From the NCBI GenBank assembly GCA_026414685.1, contig JAOAIN010000061.1:1-32953 (forward strand): a stretch of 32,953 nucleotides of DNA, read 5' to 3'. Below the pieces are notes generated by a model. That model saw nothing but the letters and a program-made list of their open reading frames with translations, was not told the DNA's origin and ran no database searches. A program made the position numbers and the translations under genes. The DNA comes from Candidatus Goldiibacteriota bacterium (GTDB lineage Bacteria > Oederibacteriota > PGYV01 > DSYL01). Shown piece after piece: positions 19,033 to 30,942 of the stretch (positions are counted from its first letter, which is position 1; the number at the start of each line of letters is the position of its first letter).

Positions 19033-21402
19033 ATGGCTCAAAATCCTGATGCAGGGAAAACCAATCTTCCAAAAGATACAACTCCAAATCCAATGGATGC
19101 TGTTTCTGGAGAAACAAAACCTGTTGCTGCACCAGTATCTGCACCTGTAAAAGAAGCTCCACAGACCATTGCAGAGCAAGAAGAACAACCCAAAGATGCA
19201 AAATCTCTTTTAAAAGAAATATTAATTGAATCTCCATGGACAAATAGAATTTATCAATTTGTTATTTTATTACTTGGTTTATACGGTATTTATCTATCAA
19301 TAAAAGGCCAGATATTTTCACCATTACCTGCAATATTTGGGATGTTATTACTTAGTTTGGTTGCTTTAATTGATGTTTATCTTATAAAAAAATTCAGACA
19401 AAAATATGAAAAATTAGAAACTATAGTACGTTTTGTACTCGCAGGATTATTTGCTTTATTTATGATTGTATTTATAATAGAATTATTCAAACCATTTGAT
19501 ATCACAGTAAATAAAAATTTAATATTGGTGTGTTTTATTGCAGTTGTAGCTGTATTTATTGTTAATTTTTTATTATATATAAAAACAAATAGAGAAAAAA
19601 TTGTTGCTGATGTTTATATGTTTATTGCTATTTTATTTGCAGTTATTTCTGTCATTGTTTTTTATCAATATCAAGTAATTTTAAGTTTTTTTCTTATGTT
19701 AATTAGTGGGTCTTCAATAATAGCATCTATCAATAACGATCCCCTGAAAAAGGATGATCGTTTTCCAACTAGGATGTTAATTATTTTGCTGACAGGTATC
19801 ATGTTTACTGCTGTTTTTACTTATGCATCTTTGATTTTCACAAATCAACCATTAAAAGTTATAACCTTTGGAACCATATCCGATAACTTTTCAAAAAAAC
19901 CAGAAAATTTATCATGGTCAGGTGATTCCTGGTCTTTTGCATATAATGTTTTTAATAATAAAAAGAAAGAAAATAAGATAGGAATAATAAATGCCTTATC
20001 CCTTGGTCTTACTGAACTTCCTGCGGATAATTCTGATATTAAATTACCTAAATTTGTTGATAAACCAATATGGAATAACAATGGTTCAAAACTGATATTC
20101 ACCTGCTCTGATTCAAAAGATGGATATAAGAAAATCTGGGGAATTAATTTAAATCTTTCACTGGTAAAAGAGAAAAAGAAAAAAGGTAAAAAAGAAACAG
20201 AAAAAAAATTAAGAACAAAAGAAGATGATATTTTAAACAGACCTGTAGGTAAACCAAAAGTGCTTTTAAGTGACATGAACTTAATTGTTGATAAAGATTG
20301 TCAGCCAGTGATTCATAGAACTGCTTGGGCTCCTGATGGCTATCGTTTTGTATTTGCAGCCAAAGATGATGATTCAAATAATAATAATATTTGGGTAGCA
20401 GACACAAAAACACAGGAATATAATAAAATAACCAAAGGACAAAATAAAATAATGCCTTTGTGGTCACCAGCCGAAGATAAAATATTATATGTCACAAAAA
20501 CAGACAACTATACATATCTTAAAATTACAAATTATGATGGCTCCAATCCACATGAATTGAATATAAATAATAAATCAGATAGGATTTTATTCCCTTTATG
20601 GAATGCAAATGAATCAAAAGTTATTTATATAAAAAATAATAAACTTATAATAATGAATGCAAATGCAACAAATCAACAGGAATTAACAAAACAGACACTG
20701 GTTTATTCTGATTACTGGTTAACCGATGCCAAGAAAAAAGTAAAACTTGCCTTTACTGAATCAGGAACAATCTGGCGCATTTTTACCATAGATTCAGAAG
20801 GAAATAATCCAAAAGAAATATTCACAGAGGTTTGTGATTCTATGATACAGCCGAAATGGTCTTATGATGGTGAAGTGATATGTGCCGGAACCAATTATGT
20901 TAATTACAGTTCACTCTGGAGATTGAATAAAGATGGTGAAATGAAAATCAAACTGTTCACATCAAAACATAAAATAAAAAATATTGAATGGGATCCATCT
21001 TCAAAAAGAATAGCTTTTTTACTTGAGAAGGATATAAAAGATAACATTTGGTATAATGAACCACATGAAAAAATATATCAGATATGGGTTGTTGAACGCG
21101 ATGGCACAAATCCGAGATTTGTATATGAATCAATAGGTATAATTAATAATATAACTTGGGATGATATGGGAAAAAATATTGCATTTGATGAAACCTATTC
21201 TAGATGGTATTTTGCTCCAAAAATAACAACAGTAAAAGTTGCAAATGTAATTGATAATAAAGTAACAGATTTATTACCTTATGAATCATATGCAGAATAC
21301 CCTGCATGGTCTTATGATGGTCAAATCCTCGCCTATGTAAGCTGGGCAGAATTTTGGAGACCGACATTTTCAAAGAAAATATGGATTGCTCAGGTTAAAT
21401 AA
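19033..21402 (+). CDS. Polytopic (about 7 TM) membrane protein with TolB-like PD40 beta-propeller region
   Basis: Pro/Ala-rich N-terminal tail and 7 hydrophobic segments, then repeated WSGD/WAPDG/WSP/WSYDG/WDP blades. Confidence 0.8.
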   Translation: MAQNPDAGKTNLPKDTTPNPMDAVSGETKPVAAPVSAPVKEAPQTIAEQEEQPKDAKSLLKEILIESPWTNRIYQFVILLLGLYGIYLSIKGQIFSPLPAIFGMLLLSLVALIDVYLIKKFRQKYEKLETIVRFVLAGLFALFMIVFIIELFKPFDITVNKNLILVCFIAVVAVFIVNFLLYIKTNREKIVADVYMFIAILFAVISVIVFYQYQVILSFFLMLISGSSIIASINNDPLKKDDRFPTRMLIILLTGIMFTAVFTYASLIFTNQPLKVITFGTISDNFSKKPENLSWSGDSWSFAYNVFNNKKKENKIGIINALSLGLTELPADNSDIKLPKFVDKPIWNNNGSKLIFTCSDSKDGYKKIWGINLNLSLVKEKKKKGKKETEKKLRTKEDDILNRPVGKPKVLLSDMNLIVDKDCQPVIHRTAWAPDGYRFVFAAKDDDSNNNNIWVADTKTQEYNKITKGQNKIMPLWSPAEDKILYVTKTDNYTYLKITNYDGSNPHELNINNKSDRILFPLWNANESKVIYIKNNKLIIMNANATNQQELTKQTLVYSDYWLTDAKKKVKLAFTESGTIWRIFTIDSEGNNPKEIFTEVCDSMIQPKWSYDGEVICAGTNYVNYSSLWRLNKDGEMKIKLFTSKHKIKNIEWDPSSKRIAFLLEKDIKDNIWYNEPHEKIYQIWVVERDGTNPRFVYESIGIINNITWDDMGKNIAFDETYSRWYFAPKITTVKVANVIDNKVTDLLPYESYAEYPAWSYDGQILAYVSWAEFWRPTFSKKIWIAQVK

Positions 21403-21582
21403 CTATTAAAATAACCTATTATTAAATATTTATAACTTGTAAATTACATTATTATTACATAATCTAAAACATTCATAAAAATATATAAGTCACATATTAA
21501 ATCTTAAAATATTTAATCCATATTATGAAACTTTTCTAAAATAGTTTATCTGATAAAACATATTTTCACAAAATAAAAATAA

Positions 21583-21611
21583 TTGACAAAATCCTTTTAA
21601 AATGTCAAAAT
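21583..21611 (+). promoter_or_regulatory. Putative promoter overlapping a TTGACA-N14-TGTCAA palindrome
   Basis: TTGACA at 21583-21588, TGTCAA at 21603-21608, and CAAAAT at 17-bp spacing preceded by TGn. Confidence 0.45.
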
Positions 21612-21633
21612 ATTTACAAAAAAATAATTTCAT

Positions 21634-23592
21634 ATGGTGGAAATAATAATGCATGTAAGAAAAGTTTTTTTAATAATTTTTTTAAATATTTTATTGATAT
21701 ATAAAAATATTTACAGTGATGAAACTCTGATAGGAACAACATCAAATAATTTTTTAAAAATTCAATTACCTGCAAGACCTGCTGCTATAGGTGAATCATA
21801 TGTTGCCCTTGCAGATGATATTAATTCAATTTTTTATAATCCAGCAGGCATAGGTAAAAGTATGTTAACTGAATTGTCTTTCACACATGCCGAATGGTTT
21901 CAACAGATAAGATATGAAAATTTAAGTTTTCTTATTCCTTTTTCTTTTGGAAATATTGCAGGTGCTATTAATTTTTTAAATATATCAACCATGGATAAAA
22001 CTCTTTCTATTTCACCACTTACCTATACAAAAGAATATACTTTTACTCCATATAGTTTAAATGGTATCTTAACTTATGCAAAAGAGTTCACGGATAATCT
22101 TTTTGTTGGATTAAATTTAAAATTTGTAAATTATACAATTGATTCACAGGATGAAAATGGCTCTTCATTTTCTATTTTATCTGATATAGGGTTGATATAT
22201 GATATGCCATTTTTGAAAGGATTTTCAACTGGGCTTGTTTTTAAAAATTTGGGGCCTTCTTCAAAATTTATAAGTGAAAATTATATGCAACCCATAGATA
22301 TGAAAGTTGGTTTAGCATATGCAATGGATTTTTTAGCATTATCAGCGGATATTGCATATCCACTTGATAATAATTTAAATTTTTATCTTGGTGGAGAAAT
22401 TAATTTATTTGAAATTCTATCCATTCGTGCTGGATATAAAGGCGGGACCATTAATCAGCCAACATTTGGCGCCGGTATTAATTATGCCCGCTTTTTTGTT
22501 GATTATGCATTTGTCCCTTATTCAGAAGAGAATCTCGGGATAACACATAGAATAACTGCTTCATACAAATTCGGAGCACCAGAATCAAAAATAATTTTTA
22601 ATCCTAAAGTTTTTTCACCAAATAATGATAAATTTGTTGATTATTCTTTTATACAAAAAGATATTATGCAAAAAAATAAAGTTAAAAATTATATCTTGAC
22701 AATTTATAATGAATTGAATGAGCCTGTTATAAAGACATCAAAATTGCATCCTGATACAAAACTTTTCTGGAATGGTTTTGATTCATTTAAAAAGATTGTC
22801 CCTGACGGAACCTATTACGGTAAACTTGAAACAATTTATTTAAATGGAATTAAATCAGAATCAAATATAGCTTCCGTTACAGTTGATAATACACCGCCTG
22901 AGGTGAAGATAGATGCAAACCCCAAAATGGTAAAACCCGGACAGATAACTGCATTATATGCACCTGTTAAATTCTCACCAGCTGTATTTGATTTACATGG
23001 CATAAGTAAATGGAAATTGATTATTTACACAGCAGATAATAAAATATTTAAAACTTTTGAAGGAACAGGTGAGCCTAAGGAAATTACATGGGATGGTTCA
23101 GATAATACTGGTTTGAATTATGTAAATACAGGCACAACTTATTATTACATCATGTATGCTGCTGATAGTGTTGGTAACTGGGGTAAATCAATCTCTGATA
23201 AAGTAAAGGTTTTATTAAGAGAAATAGTAATAACCCTTTCTTCTGATACACTTTTTGATTTGGGAAAGGCAGATGTGAAAATAAGTGTTTATAATGACCT
23301 TAAAAAAGTTGCAAATAAAATCAAATCACTCAATAACCCAACCGTGGTTATTGAAGGCCATACTGATAATTTACCTCTTTATTCAAGTAAATATAAGGAT
23401 AATCAGGAATTATCAGAATACAGGGCAAAAGCGGTTGGACGTTTTTTAGTAGAATTATTCAATATAAAACCAGAAATAATTTCAACTGTTGGTCTAGGAG
23501 ACACTCAACCAGTTGCATCAAATGATACACCAGAAGGGAGGAAAAAGAATAGGCGGGTTACTATAAGAATAAAAACAAGCAAGTGGGAATAA
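21634..23592 (+). CDS. PorV/PorQ-like (UPF0164) barrel plus two FlgD/CHU-like Ig domains plus OmpA/MotB peptidoglycan-binding domain
   Basis: FLKIQLPARPAAIGESYVALADDINSIFYNPAG...THRITASYKF; FSPNND..WNG..VPDGTY; ITWDG; IEGHTDN..NQELSEYRA..NRRV. The start may be ATG 21649. Confidence 0.85.
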   Translation: MVEIIMHVRKVFLIIFLNILLIYKNIYSDETLIGTTSNNFLKIQLPARPAAIGESYVALADDINSIFYNPAGIGKSMLTELSFTHAEWFQQIRYENLSFLIPFSFGNIAGAINFLNISTMDKTLSISPLTYTKEYTFTPYSLNGILTYAKEFTDNLFVGLNLKFVNYTIDSQDENGSSFSILSDIGLIYDMPFLKGFSTGLVFKNLGPSSKFISENYMQPIDMKVGLAYAMDFLALSADIAYPLDNNLNFYLGGEINLFEILSIRAGYKGGTINQPTFGAGINYARFFVDYAFVPYSEENLGITHRITASYKFGAPESKIIFNPKVFSPNNDKFVDYSFIQKDIMQKNKVKNYILTIYNELNEPVIKTSKLHPDTKLFWNGFDSFKKIVPDGTYYGKLETIYLNGIKSESNIASVTVDNTPPEVKIDANPKMVKPGQITALYAPVKFSPAVFDLHGISKWKLIIYTADNKIFKTFEGTGEPKEITWDGSDNTGLNYVNTGTTYYYIMYAADSVGNWGKSISDKVKVLLREIVITLSSDTLFDLGKADVKISVYNDLKKVANKIKSLNNPTVVIEGHTDNLPLYSSKYKDNQELSEYRAKAVGRFLVELFNIKPEIISTVGLGDTQPVASNDTPEGRKKNRRVTIRIKTSKWE

Positions 23593-23602
23593 TATTATAA
23601 AG

Positions 23603-23718
23603 ATGTTTATTAGGAATGTTTTATACTGATGTTTTATAATAATGTTAAAGAAATATTTATAATACATTTTTATGAAACTTTATTATCAAACATTATTTTA
23701 AACATTTTTAATAAACAT
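23603..23718. repeat. Imperfect ~44-bp inverted repeat with 13-bp internal periodicity
   Basis: Arm 23603-23646 matches the reverse complement of 23676-23718 in blocks of 10, 7, 6, 7 and 3 nt; 29-nt loop. Confidence 0.75.
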
Positions 23719-23738
23719 AAAAAATATTGGAGGTAAAT

Positions 23739-24518
23739 ATGAGAAGAAAACAGTTTTATGATACAACGGTCCAATCGGTTCAACGAACTCTGGATATCAT
23801 TGAAACATTAAGCGAGTATAAAACTGGTGTTGGAGTAACCACATTAAGTAAAGAGTTAAAGCTGCATAAAAGCACTGTTCATCGTTTGCTTACAACTCTT
23901 ATGTTACGCAAGTATGTTGAGCAGGACCCAGAAACATCCAAATATAAACTTGGAATGCGTCTATTTGAAATAGGAAATGCAGTGCTTTCAAAACTTGATA
24001 TAAGGCAACATGCATCACCTTATTTAAGACAGTTATGGAAACAATGCGGTGAAACAGTGCAATTATCCATAGTTGATCAATATAAAGTCCTATATATTGA
24101 TGTCCTTGAATCTCTTGAAAAAGTAGGTGTTAAATCAAATGTTGGAGAAAGAGCACCACTTCATTGTTCAGCACCTGGTAAAATTTGGCTTGCAAATTTA
24201 CCAGAGGATCGTTTAAATGAAGTGATAAAAATGATTAAATTTGAACCTTATACTCCTTATACAATTGATAATGTTGAAAAATTAAAAGCATCTGTTCAGC
24301 AAGCAAGAGAACTTGGCTATGCAATTGATAATCAGGAATATTCTACAGATCTTATCTCTGTTTCTGCTGCAATTAAAAATTATAGAGGTAGGGTTATTGC
24401 ATGTGTTTCAATTACTGCACCTGCGTTGCGGACAAATGATGATAAAATAAAAGAAATGGGAAATAATGTTAAAACAACAGCAGAAAAAATTTCTCAATCA
24501 ATGGGGTTTAATAAATAA
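23739..24518 (+). CDS. IclR family transcriptional regulator
   Basis: VQSVQRTLDIIE...LHKSTVHRLLTTL HTH, PLHCSAPGK and GYAIDNQE; the GGAGG RBS favours ATG 23739. Confidence 0.95.
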   Translation: MRRKQFYDTTVQSVQRTLDIIETLSEYKTGVGVTTLSKELKLHKSTVHRLLTTLMLRKYVEQDPETSKYKLGMRLFEIGNAVLSKLDIRQHASPYLRQLWKQCGETVQLSIVDQYKVLYIDVLESLEKVGVKSNVGERAPLHCSAPGKIWLANLPEDRLNEVIKMIKFEPYTPYTIDNVEKLKASVQQARELGYAIDNQEYSTDLISVSAAIKNYRGRVIACVSITAPALRTNDDKIKEMGNNVKTTAEKISQSMGFNK

Positions 24519-24551
24519 CTAATTCATATCAATAAACATTAGGAGATTGCT

Positions 24552-26718
<2,167 letters not shown>

Positions 26719-26730
26719 AAGGAGGTTTTT

Positions 26731-27087
26731 ATGTTTGTCTCTTTATTATTTGCAGCTGAAAATGTACCGGCATCTACCCCAGCGGCAGCAGAAGGTCCTT
26801 CAATGCTTCAGGCTTTTTTACCACTTATTATCATTTTTGTTTTATTTTACTTTATGTTTATCATACCAAATAAAAAGGAACAGAAAAAACATCAAGAAAT
26901 GTTAAAATCGTTAAAAATTGGAGATAAGATTATCACCAGTGGGGGTATAATCGGTGTGATAGATAAAATCAATGATACAGAAGATATAATAAGAATAAAA
27001 AGCGGCGAAAATACTCTTATTAATATAAAGAGAAGTTATATTGCATCCAAATTAGAAAAACCATCAGAAGAACTGGAAAAAAAATAA
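26731..27087 (+). CDS. yajC: Preprotein translocase subunit YajC
   Basis: FYFMFIIP..K..K followed by LKIGDKIITSGGIIG; lies directly after tgt. Confidence 0.95.
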   Translation: MFVSLLFAAENVPASTPAAAEGPSMLQAFLPLIIIFVLFYFMFIIPNKKEQKKHQEMLKSLKIGDKIITSGGIIGVIDKINDTEDIIRIKSGENTLINIKRSYIASKLEKPSEELEKK

Positions 27088-28071
27088 ATGTCTGAAATTC
27101 GAAGAGATCCTATTACAAATAGATGGATAATAACACTTGATGATAAATATTTTAATCCTTCATCTGTTTCATCAATACCTATTGATTTACCACAGATTGA
27201 TAAGAATTGTCCTTTCTGTCCCGGTAATGATTCAAAAATCAGTAAAGTGATTTTTGAGTTAAAAGATAAAAATGATGGCTGGAAGATAAAAGTTATACCA
27301 AACAACAGACCATATTTAATGGTGGAGAAGCAATTGAAAAAACAGGGCAGGGGGATTTTTGATGTTATAAGTGGCACAGGTGCAAATGAGGTAATAATTG
27401 AAAATCCATTGCATAATATTGATATTGATAAACTTGATATACAATCAATATCTGACATTATAAAAACCTATATTAACAGGACGCTGGATTTGAAAAAGGA
27501 TATTCGTTTTGAATATATTTTCATTTTTAAAAATAGAGGCCCGGATGCCGGTGGAACACTTTTTCATCCATATTCTCAATTAATAGCTTTACCTGTTATT
27601 CCTAAAAGAATATCAGAGGAAATTGAATCATCATTAAAATACTTTGAATTAAAAAACAGATGTATTTTCTGTGATATTATTGATAACGAATTACTGAACA
27701 ATGAAAGAGTTGTAAAAGAGACTGAAAATTATGTTGTCATAACACCATTTGCATCACGGGTCGCTTTTGAATTATGCATACTTCCCAAATTTCATTCTAC
27801 ACATTTTTATAATTTAAACGAGCAACAGATATCAGAATTGAGCACTGTTTTAAAAGATGTAATTTACAGATTGAATAAATCTTTAAATAATCCATCATAT
27901 AATTATATGATACACACCGCCCCTGTAAAATCAGAAGAAATCCCATATTATCACTGGCATATTGAAATAATGCCACGTATAAAAAGAACAGAAGGATTTG
28001 AATGGGGAACAGGTTTTTACATAAATCCTACATTGCCGGAAGATGTAGCAGAATATTTAAGAAAAATTTAA
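27088..28071 (+). CDS. galT: GalT-like (HIT superfamily) protein with degenerate active site
   Basis: EIRRDPIT..W, CPFCPGN, EVIIE, FKN, CIFC, YHWHIEI.P and GFEWGTG; the HPH motif reads HPY. Confidence 0.82.
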   Translation: MSEIRRDPITNRWIITLDDKYFNPSSVSSIPIDLPQIDKNCPFCPGNDSKISKVIFELKDKNDGWKIKVIPNNRPYLMVEKQLKKQGRGIFDVISGTGANEVIIENPLHNIDIDKLDIQSISDIIKTYINRTLDLKKDIRFEYIFIFKNRGPDAGGTLFHPYSQLIALPVIPKRISEEIESSLKYFELKNRCIFCDIIDNELLNNERVVKETENYVVITPFASRVAFELCILPKFHSTHFYNLNEQQISELSTVLKDVIYRLNKSLNNPSYNYMIHTAPVKSEEIPYYHWHIEIMPRIKRTEGFEWGTGFYINPTLPEDVAEYLRKI

Positions 28072-28073
28072 TT

Positions 28074-29279
28074 ATGTCATATTTGAATGAAAAACCATTT
28101 ACAGTTACAGAGATAAATAATTTAATTAAAAATTTAGTTGAAGAAAATTTACAGAAAGTTTGGGTAAAAGGAGAGATATCCAATCTTTCAATACCATCAT
28201 CTGGTCATATTTATTTTACTTTAAAAGATGCTTTTAGCCAAATAAAAGTGGCATTTTTTAAATCCAGTAATAAATTGAATAATTTACAACTTAAGGATGG
28301 TAAAGAAGTTATTGTTTATGGAAAAATATCAATATATTCAAAACGGAGTGAATATCAGATAATAGCGGAAGAGATAAAAATATCAGGTGAAGGTGATTTA
28401 TTACTTGAATTTGAAAGACTCAAAAAGAAATTATCTGATGAAGGTTTATTTAATGAAAATAGAAAGCGTCCTATTCCACGTTTCCCGGAAAAAATAGGTA
28501 TTATTACCAGTCCCACTGGAGCAGTGATAAAAGATATCATAAAAATAATAAACAGAAGATACAAAGCGGTTGAAATTATAATTTATCCATCCATGGTTCA
28601 GGGGGATGAAGCGGCTCAACAGTTAATTGAAGGAATTAAATATTTTAATTCAAAAACAGATATTGATGTGATAATTCTTGCTCGTGGGGGTGGCTCAATA
28701 GAGGATTTATGGCCATTTAATGATGAAAATCTTGCACGTGAAATATATGCATCAAAAATTCCAGTGATATCAGCGGTGGGACATGAAGTTGATTTTACAA
28801 TTGCGGATTTTGTGGCTGATTTACGTGCTCCAACTCCATCTGCTGCAGCAGAACTTGTTGTGCCAGATACAGAAGAATTGTTAGATAAACTGGATAATTA
28901 TAAAAAAATTTTATATACTGTTATAAATAATTTATTGGAAAATTATAATGAAAAAATAAAAGGATATGAAACAAATAATGTTTTTAGAAAGATATTAAAT
29001 TTTTATGATGAATACAGTCAAATGCTTGATGATTATATTCTAGAAATAAAAAAAACAATAAAAAATTTTTTAGAAAAAAAAGAAGAAAAAGTTAAATTTA
29101 TTGCTGAAAAACTTATGTTACTTAATCCTTATGCGATTCTTAAAAAAGGATATTCTGTTGTTTTTGATAATACAGGTAAAATAATAAAGTCATATGAAAA
29201 TGTAAAAAAGGGTCAGGATATCAATATAAGATTACACAGAGGAAAATTAAAGGCTGATGTTACAAAAATTGAACCATGA
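28074..29279 (+). CDS. xseA: Exodeoxyribonuclease VII large subunit
   Basis: VWVKGEISN, SGHIYFTLKD, ARGGGSIEDLWPFN, AVGHEVD and APTPSAAAE; start at ATG 28074. Confidence 0.97.
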   Translation: MSYLNEKPFTVTEINNLIKNLVEENLQKVWVKGEISNLSIPSSGHIYFTLKDAFSQIKVAFFKSSNKLNNLQLKDGKEVIVYGKISIYSKRSEYQIIAEEIKISGEGDLLLEFERLKKKLSDEGLFNENRKRPIPRFPEKIGIITSPTGAVIKDIIKIINRRYKAVEIIIYPSMVQGDEAAQQLIEGIKYFNSKTDIDVIILARGGGSIEDLWPFNDENLAREIYASKIPVISAVGHEVDFTIADFVADLRAPTPSAAAELVVPDTEELLDKLDNYKKILYTVINNLLENYNEKIKGYETNNVFRKILNFYDEYSQMLDDYILEIKKTIKNFLEKKEEKVKFIAEKLMLLNPYAILKKGYSVVFDNTGKIIKSYENVKKGQDINIRLHRGKLKADVTKIEP

Positions 29280-29287
29280 GGTGTTCT

Positions 29288-29545
29288 ATGTCAAAAGACA
29301 AAAAAGAAAATATAGAAAATTTAATGAAACAGATTGAAAATATTATTGAAGAACTTGAAACCGGAGAACTTGACCTTGATGAATCAATAAAGAAATATGA
29401 AAATGGGATGATTTTAATAGATAAATGTAAAAAAATACTTAAAGAAGCCAAATTAAAAATTGAGACACTTAAGAAAAAGGGAAAGGACGAAGAAAAGGAC
29501 ACGGAAGAGGATGAGATGGAAAATGATGATGAAAAACTTTTTTAA
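29288..29545 (+). CDS. xseB: Exodeoxyribonuclease VII small subunit
   Basis: IEELETGELDLDESIKKYENG..C...L..A; GAGGTG RBS; follows xseA. Confidence 0.93.
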   Translation: MSKDKKENIENLMKQIENIIEELETGELDLDESIKKYENGMILIDKCKKILKEAKLKIETLKKKGKDEEKDTEEDEMENDDEKLF

Positions 29546-29556
29546 TTGGATATTTT

Positions 29557-30438
29557 ATGAAAAGATTAATAATCAACTTGATAAAAAAAATAAATAAAAA
29601 TTTATCTAATTATCTTAAATCAAAATTTGAATTTCCGCCTATTATTTATAAAGCGGTTAGATATAGTGTTTTTGCCGGCGGTAAAAGAATAAGACCTGTT
29701 TTATTATTGTTAACAGCAAAATCATGCGGTCTTTCTATTAAAAGTGTAATGCCAGTTGCATGTGGTATTGAAATGATACATACATATTCTTTAATACATG
29801 ATGATTTGCCAGCAATGGATAATGATGATTACAGAAGAGGTAAATTAACATCACATAAAAAATTCGGAGAGGCAATTGCTATTTTAGCGGGGGATGCTTT
29901 ACTTACAAAAGCATTTGAAACAATTTGTAATTGTAAAAGATTTTTTTCTTCAGATAAAATTATAAAAATTATTAAATTAATTGCAGATGCAGCCGGTATA
30001 AATGGTATGGTTGGAGGACAAGTGGCTGATATATTATTTGAAAATAAACCAATTTCAAAAAAAACACTTCAATTTATTCATTCACATAAAACAGGAGCAT
30101 TGATTAAAGCATCTATATTATCAGGTGCAATTTTATCTGATACGGTTGATAATAAAGAATTAAAATTATGGAATAAACTGGGTGAAATTGTAGGTATGAT
30201 TTTTCAGATAACAGATGATATACTGGATATTACATCAACAACAAAAAAACTGGGAAAAACCGCAGGCAAAGATATAAAACAAAAAAAAGCAACTTTTCCT
30301 GCTGTCTATGGGCTGAATAGATCGAGACAGATTGTATCAAATTTATTACTTGAAGCAAAAAAAATTTTATATAAAATAAAAAAGCCAACAGAAGATATTT
30401 TAAATCTGATTGAATATATATCAATCAGAGAAAAATAA
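29557..30438 (+). CDS. ispA: Farnesyl/geranylgeranyl diphosphate synthase
   Basis: GGKRIRP, HTYSLIHDDLPAMDNDDYRRG, KTGAL and FQITDDILD motifs. Confidence 0.93.
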   Translation: MKRLIINLIKKINKNLSNYLKSKFEFPPIIYKAVRYSVFAGGKRIRPVLLLLTAKSCGLSIKSVMPVACGIEMIHTYSLIHDDLPAMDNDDYRRGKLTSHKKFGEAIAILAGDALLTKAFETICNCKRFFSSDKIIKIIKLIADAAGINGMVGGQVADILFENKPISKKTLQFIHSHKTGALIKASILSGAILSDTVDNKELKLWNKLGEIVGMIFQITDDILDITSTTKKLGKTAGKDIKQKKATFPAVYGLNRSRQIVSNLLLEAKKILYKIKKPTEDILNLIEYISIREK

Positions 30439-30455
30439 ATTTTATAGGTGATTTT

Positions 30456-30932
30456 ATGGATGATTTTTTAATTGCATTAAATAATATATGGAATACAGTA
30501 GTAATCATTGTCACACATAAGATTTTTTATATTACATTTTTTACATGGTTAATAGCCCAGACATTAAAAGTTTTGATTTTCTTTATAACAAAGCATAAGT
30601 TTGATTTTAGATTGTTTGTAGGGACAGGTGGCATGCCATCATCTCATACAGCTGCTGTTTCTGCTATTACAACAACAATAGGGTTATATTCAGGTTGGGA
30701 CTCTCCTGTTTTCATGGTTTCTTTATGTTATGCAATAATAGTTATAAGCGATGCTATGGGAGTGAGAAGAGCTGCAGGTAAACAAGCGGTTGTACTTAAT
30801 AAAATGATGGATGAGATTGAGCATGGTAAATTCAAATACGAAAAAAGATTAAAAGAACTTCTTGGACATACTCCCTTAGAAGCCTTTGCGGGAATATTGA
30901 TAGGTATTGTTTTCCCGATACTGATGTTTTAA
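30456..30932 (+). CDS. Divergent PAP2 family protein (DUF212)
   Basis: AQTLK, GGMPSSH, DAMGVRRAAG.QA and LKELLGHTP motifs. Confidence 0.93.
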   Translation: MDDFLIALNNIWNTVVIIVTHKIFYITFFTWLIAQTLKVLIFFITKHKFDFRLFVGTGGMPSSHTAAVSAITTTIGLYSGWDSPVFMVSLCYAIIVISDAMGVRRAAGKQAVVLNKMMDEIEHGKFKYEKRLKELLGHTPLEAFAGILIGIVFPILMF

Positions 30933-30942
30933 TCATTTAATT

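Noticed and set aside
21523-23681. Shared 12-mer TTATGAAACTTT at 21523-21534 and 23670-23681 flanking the PorV-like gene (target-site duplication or operator)
   Set aside because: A 12-nt match between two extremely AT-rich spacers is plausible by chance, and no mobility genes are present.
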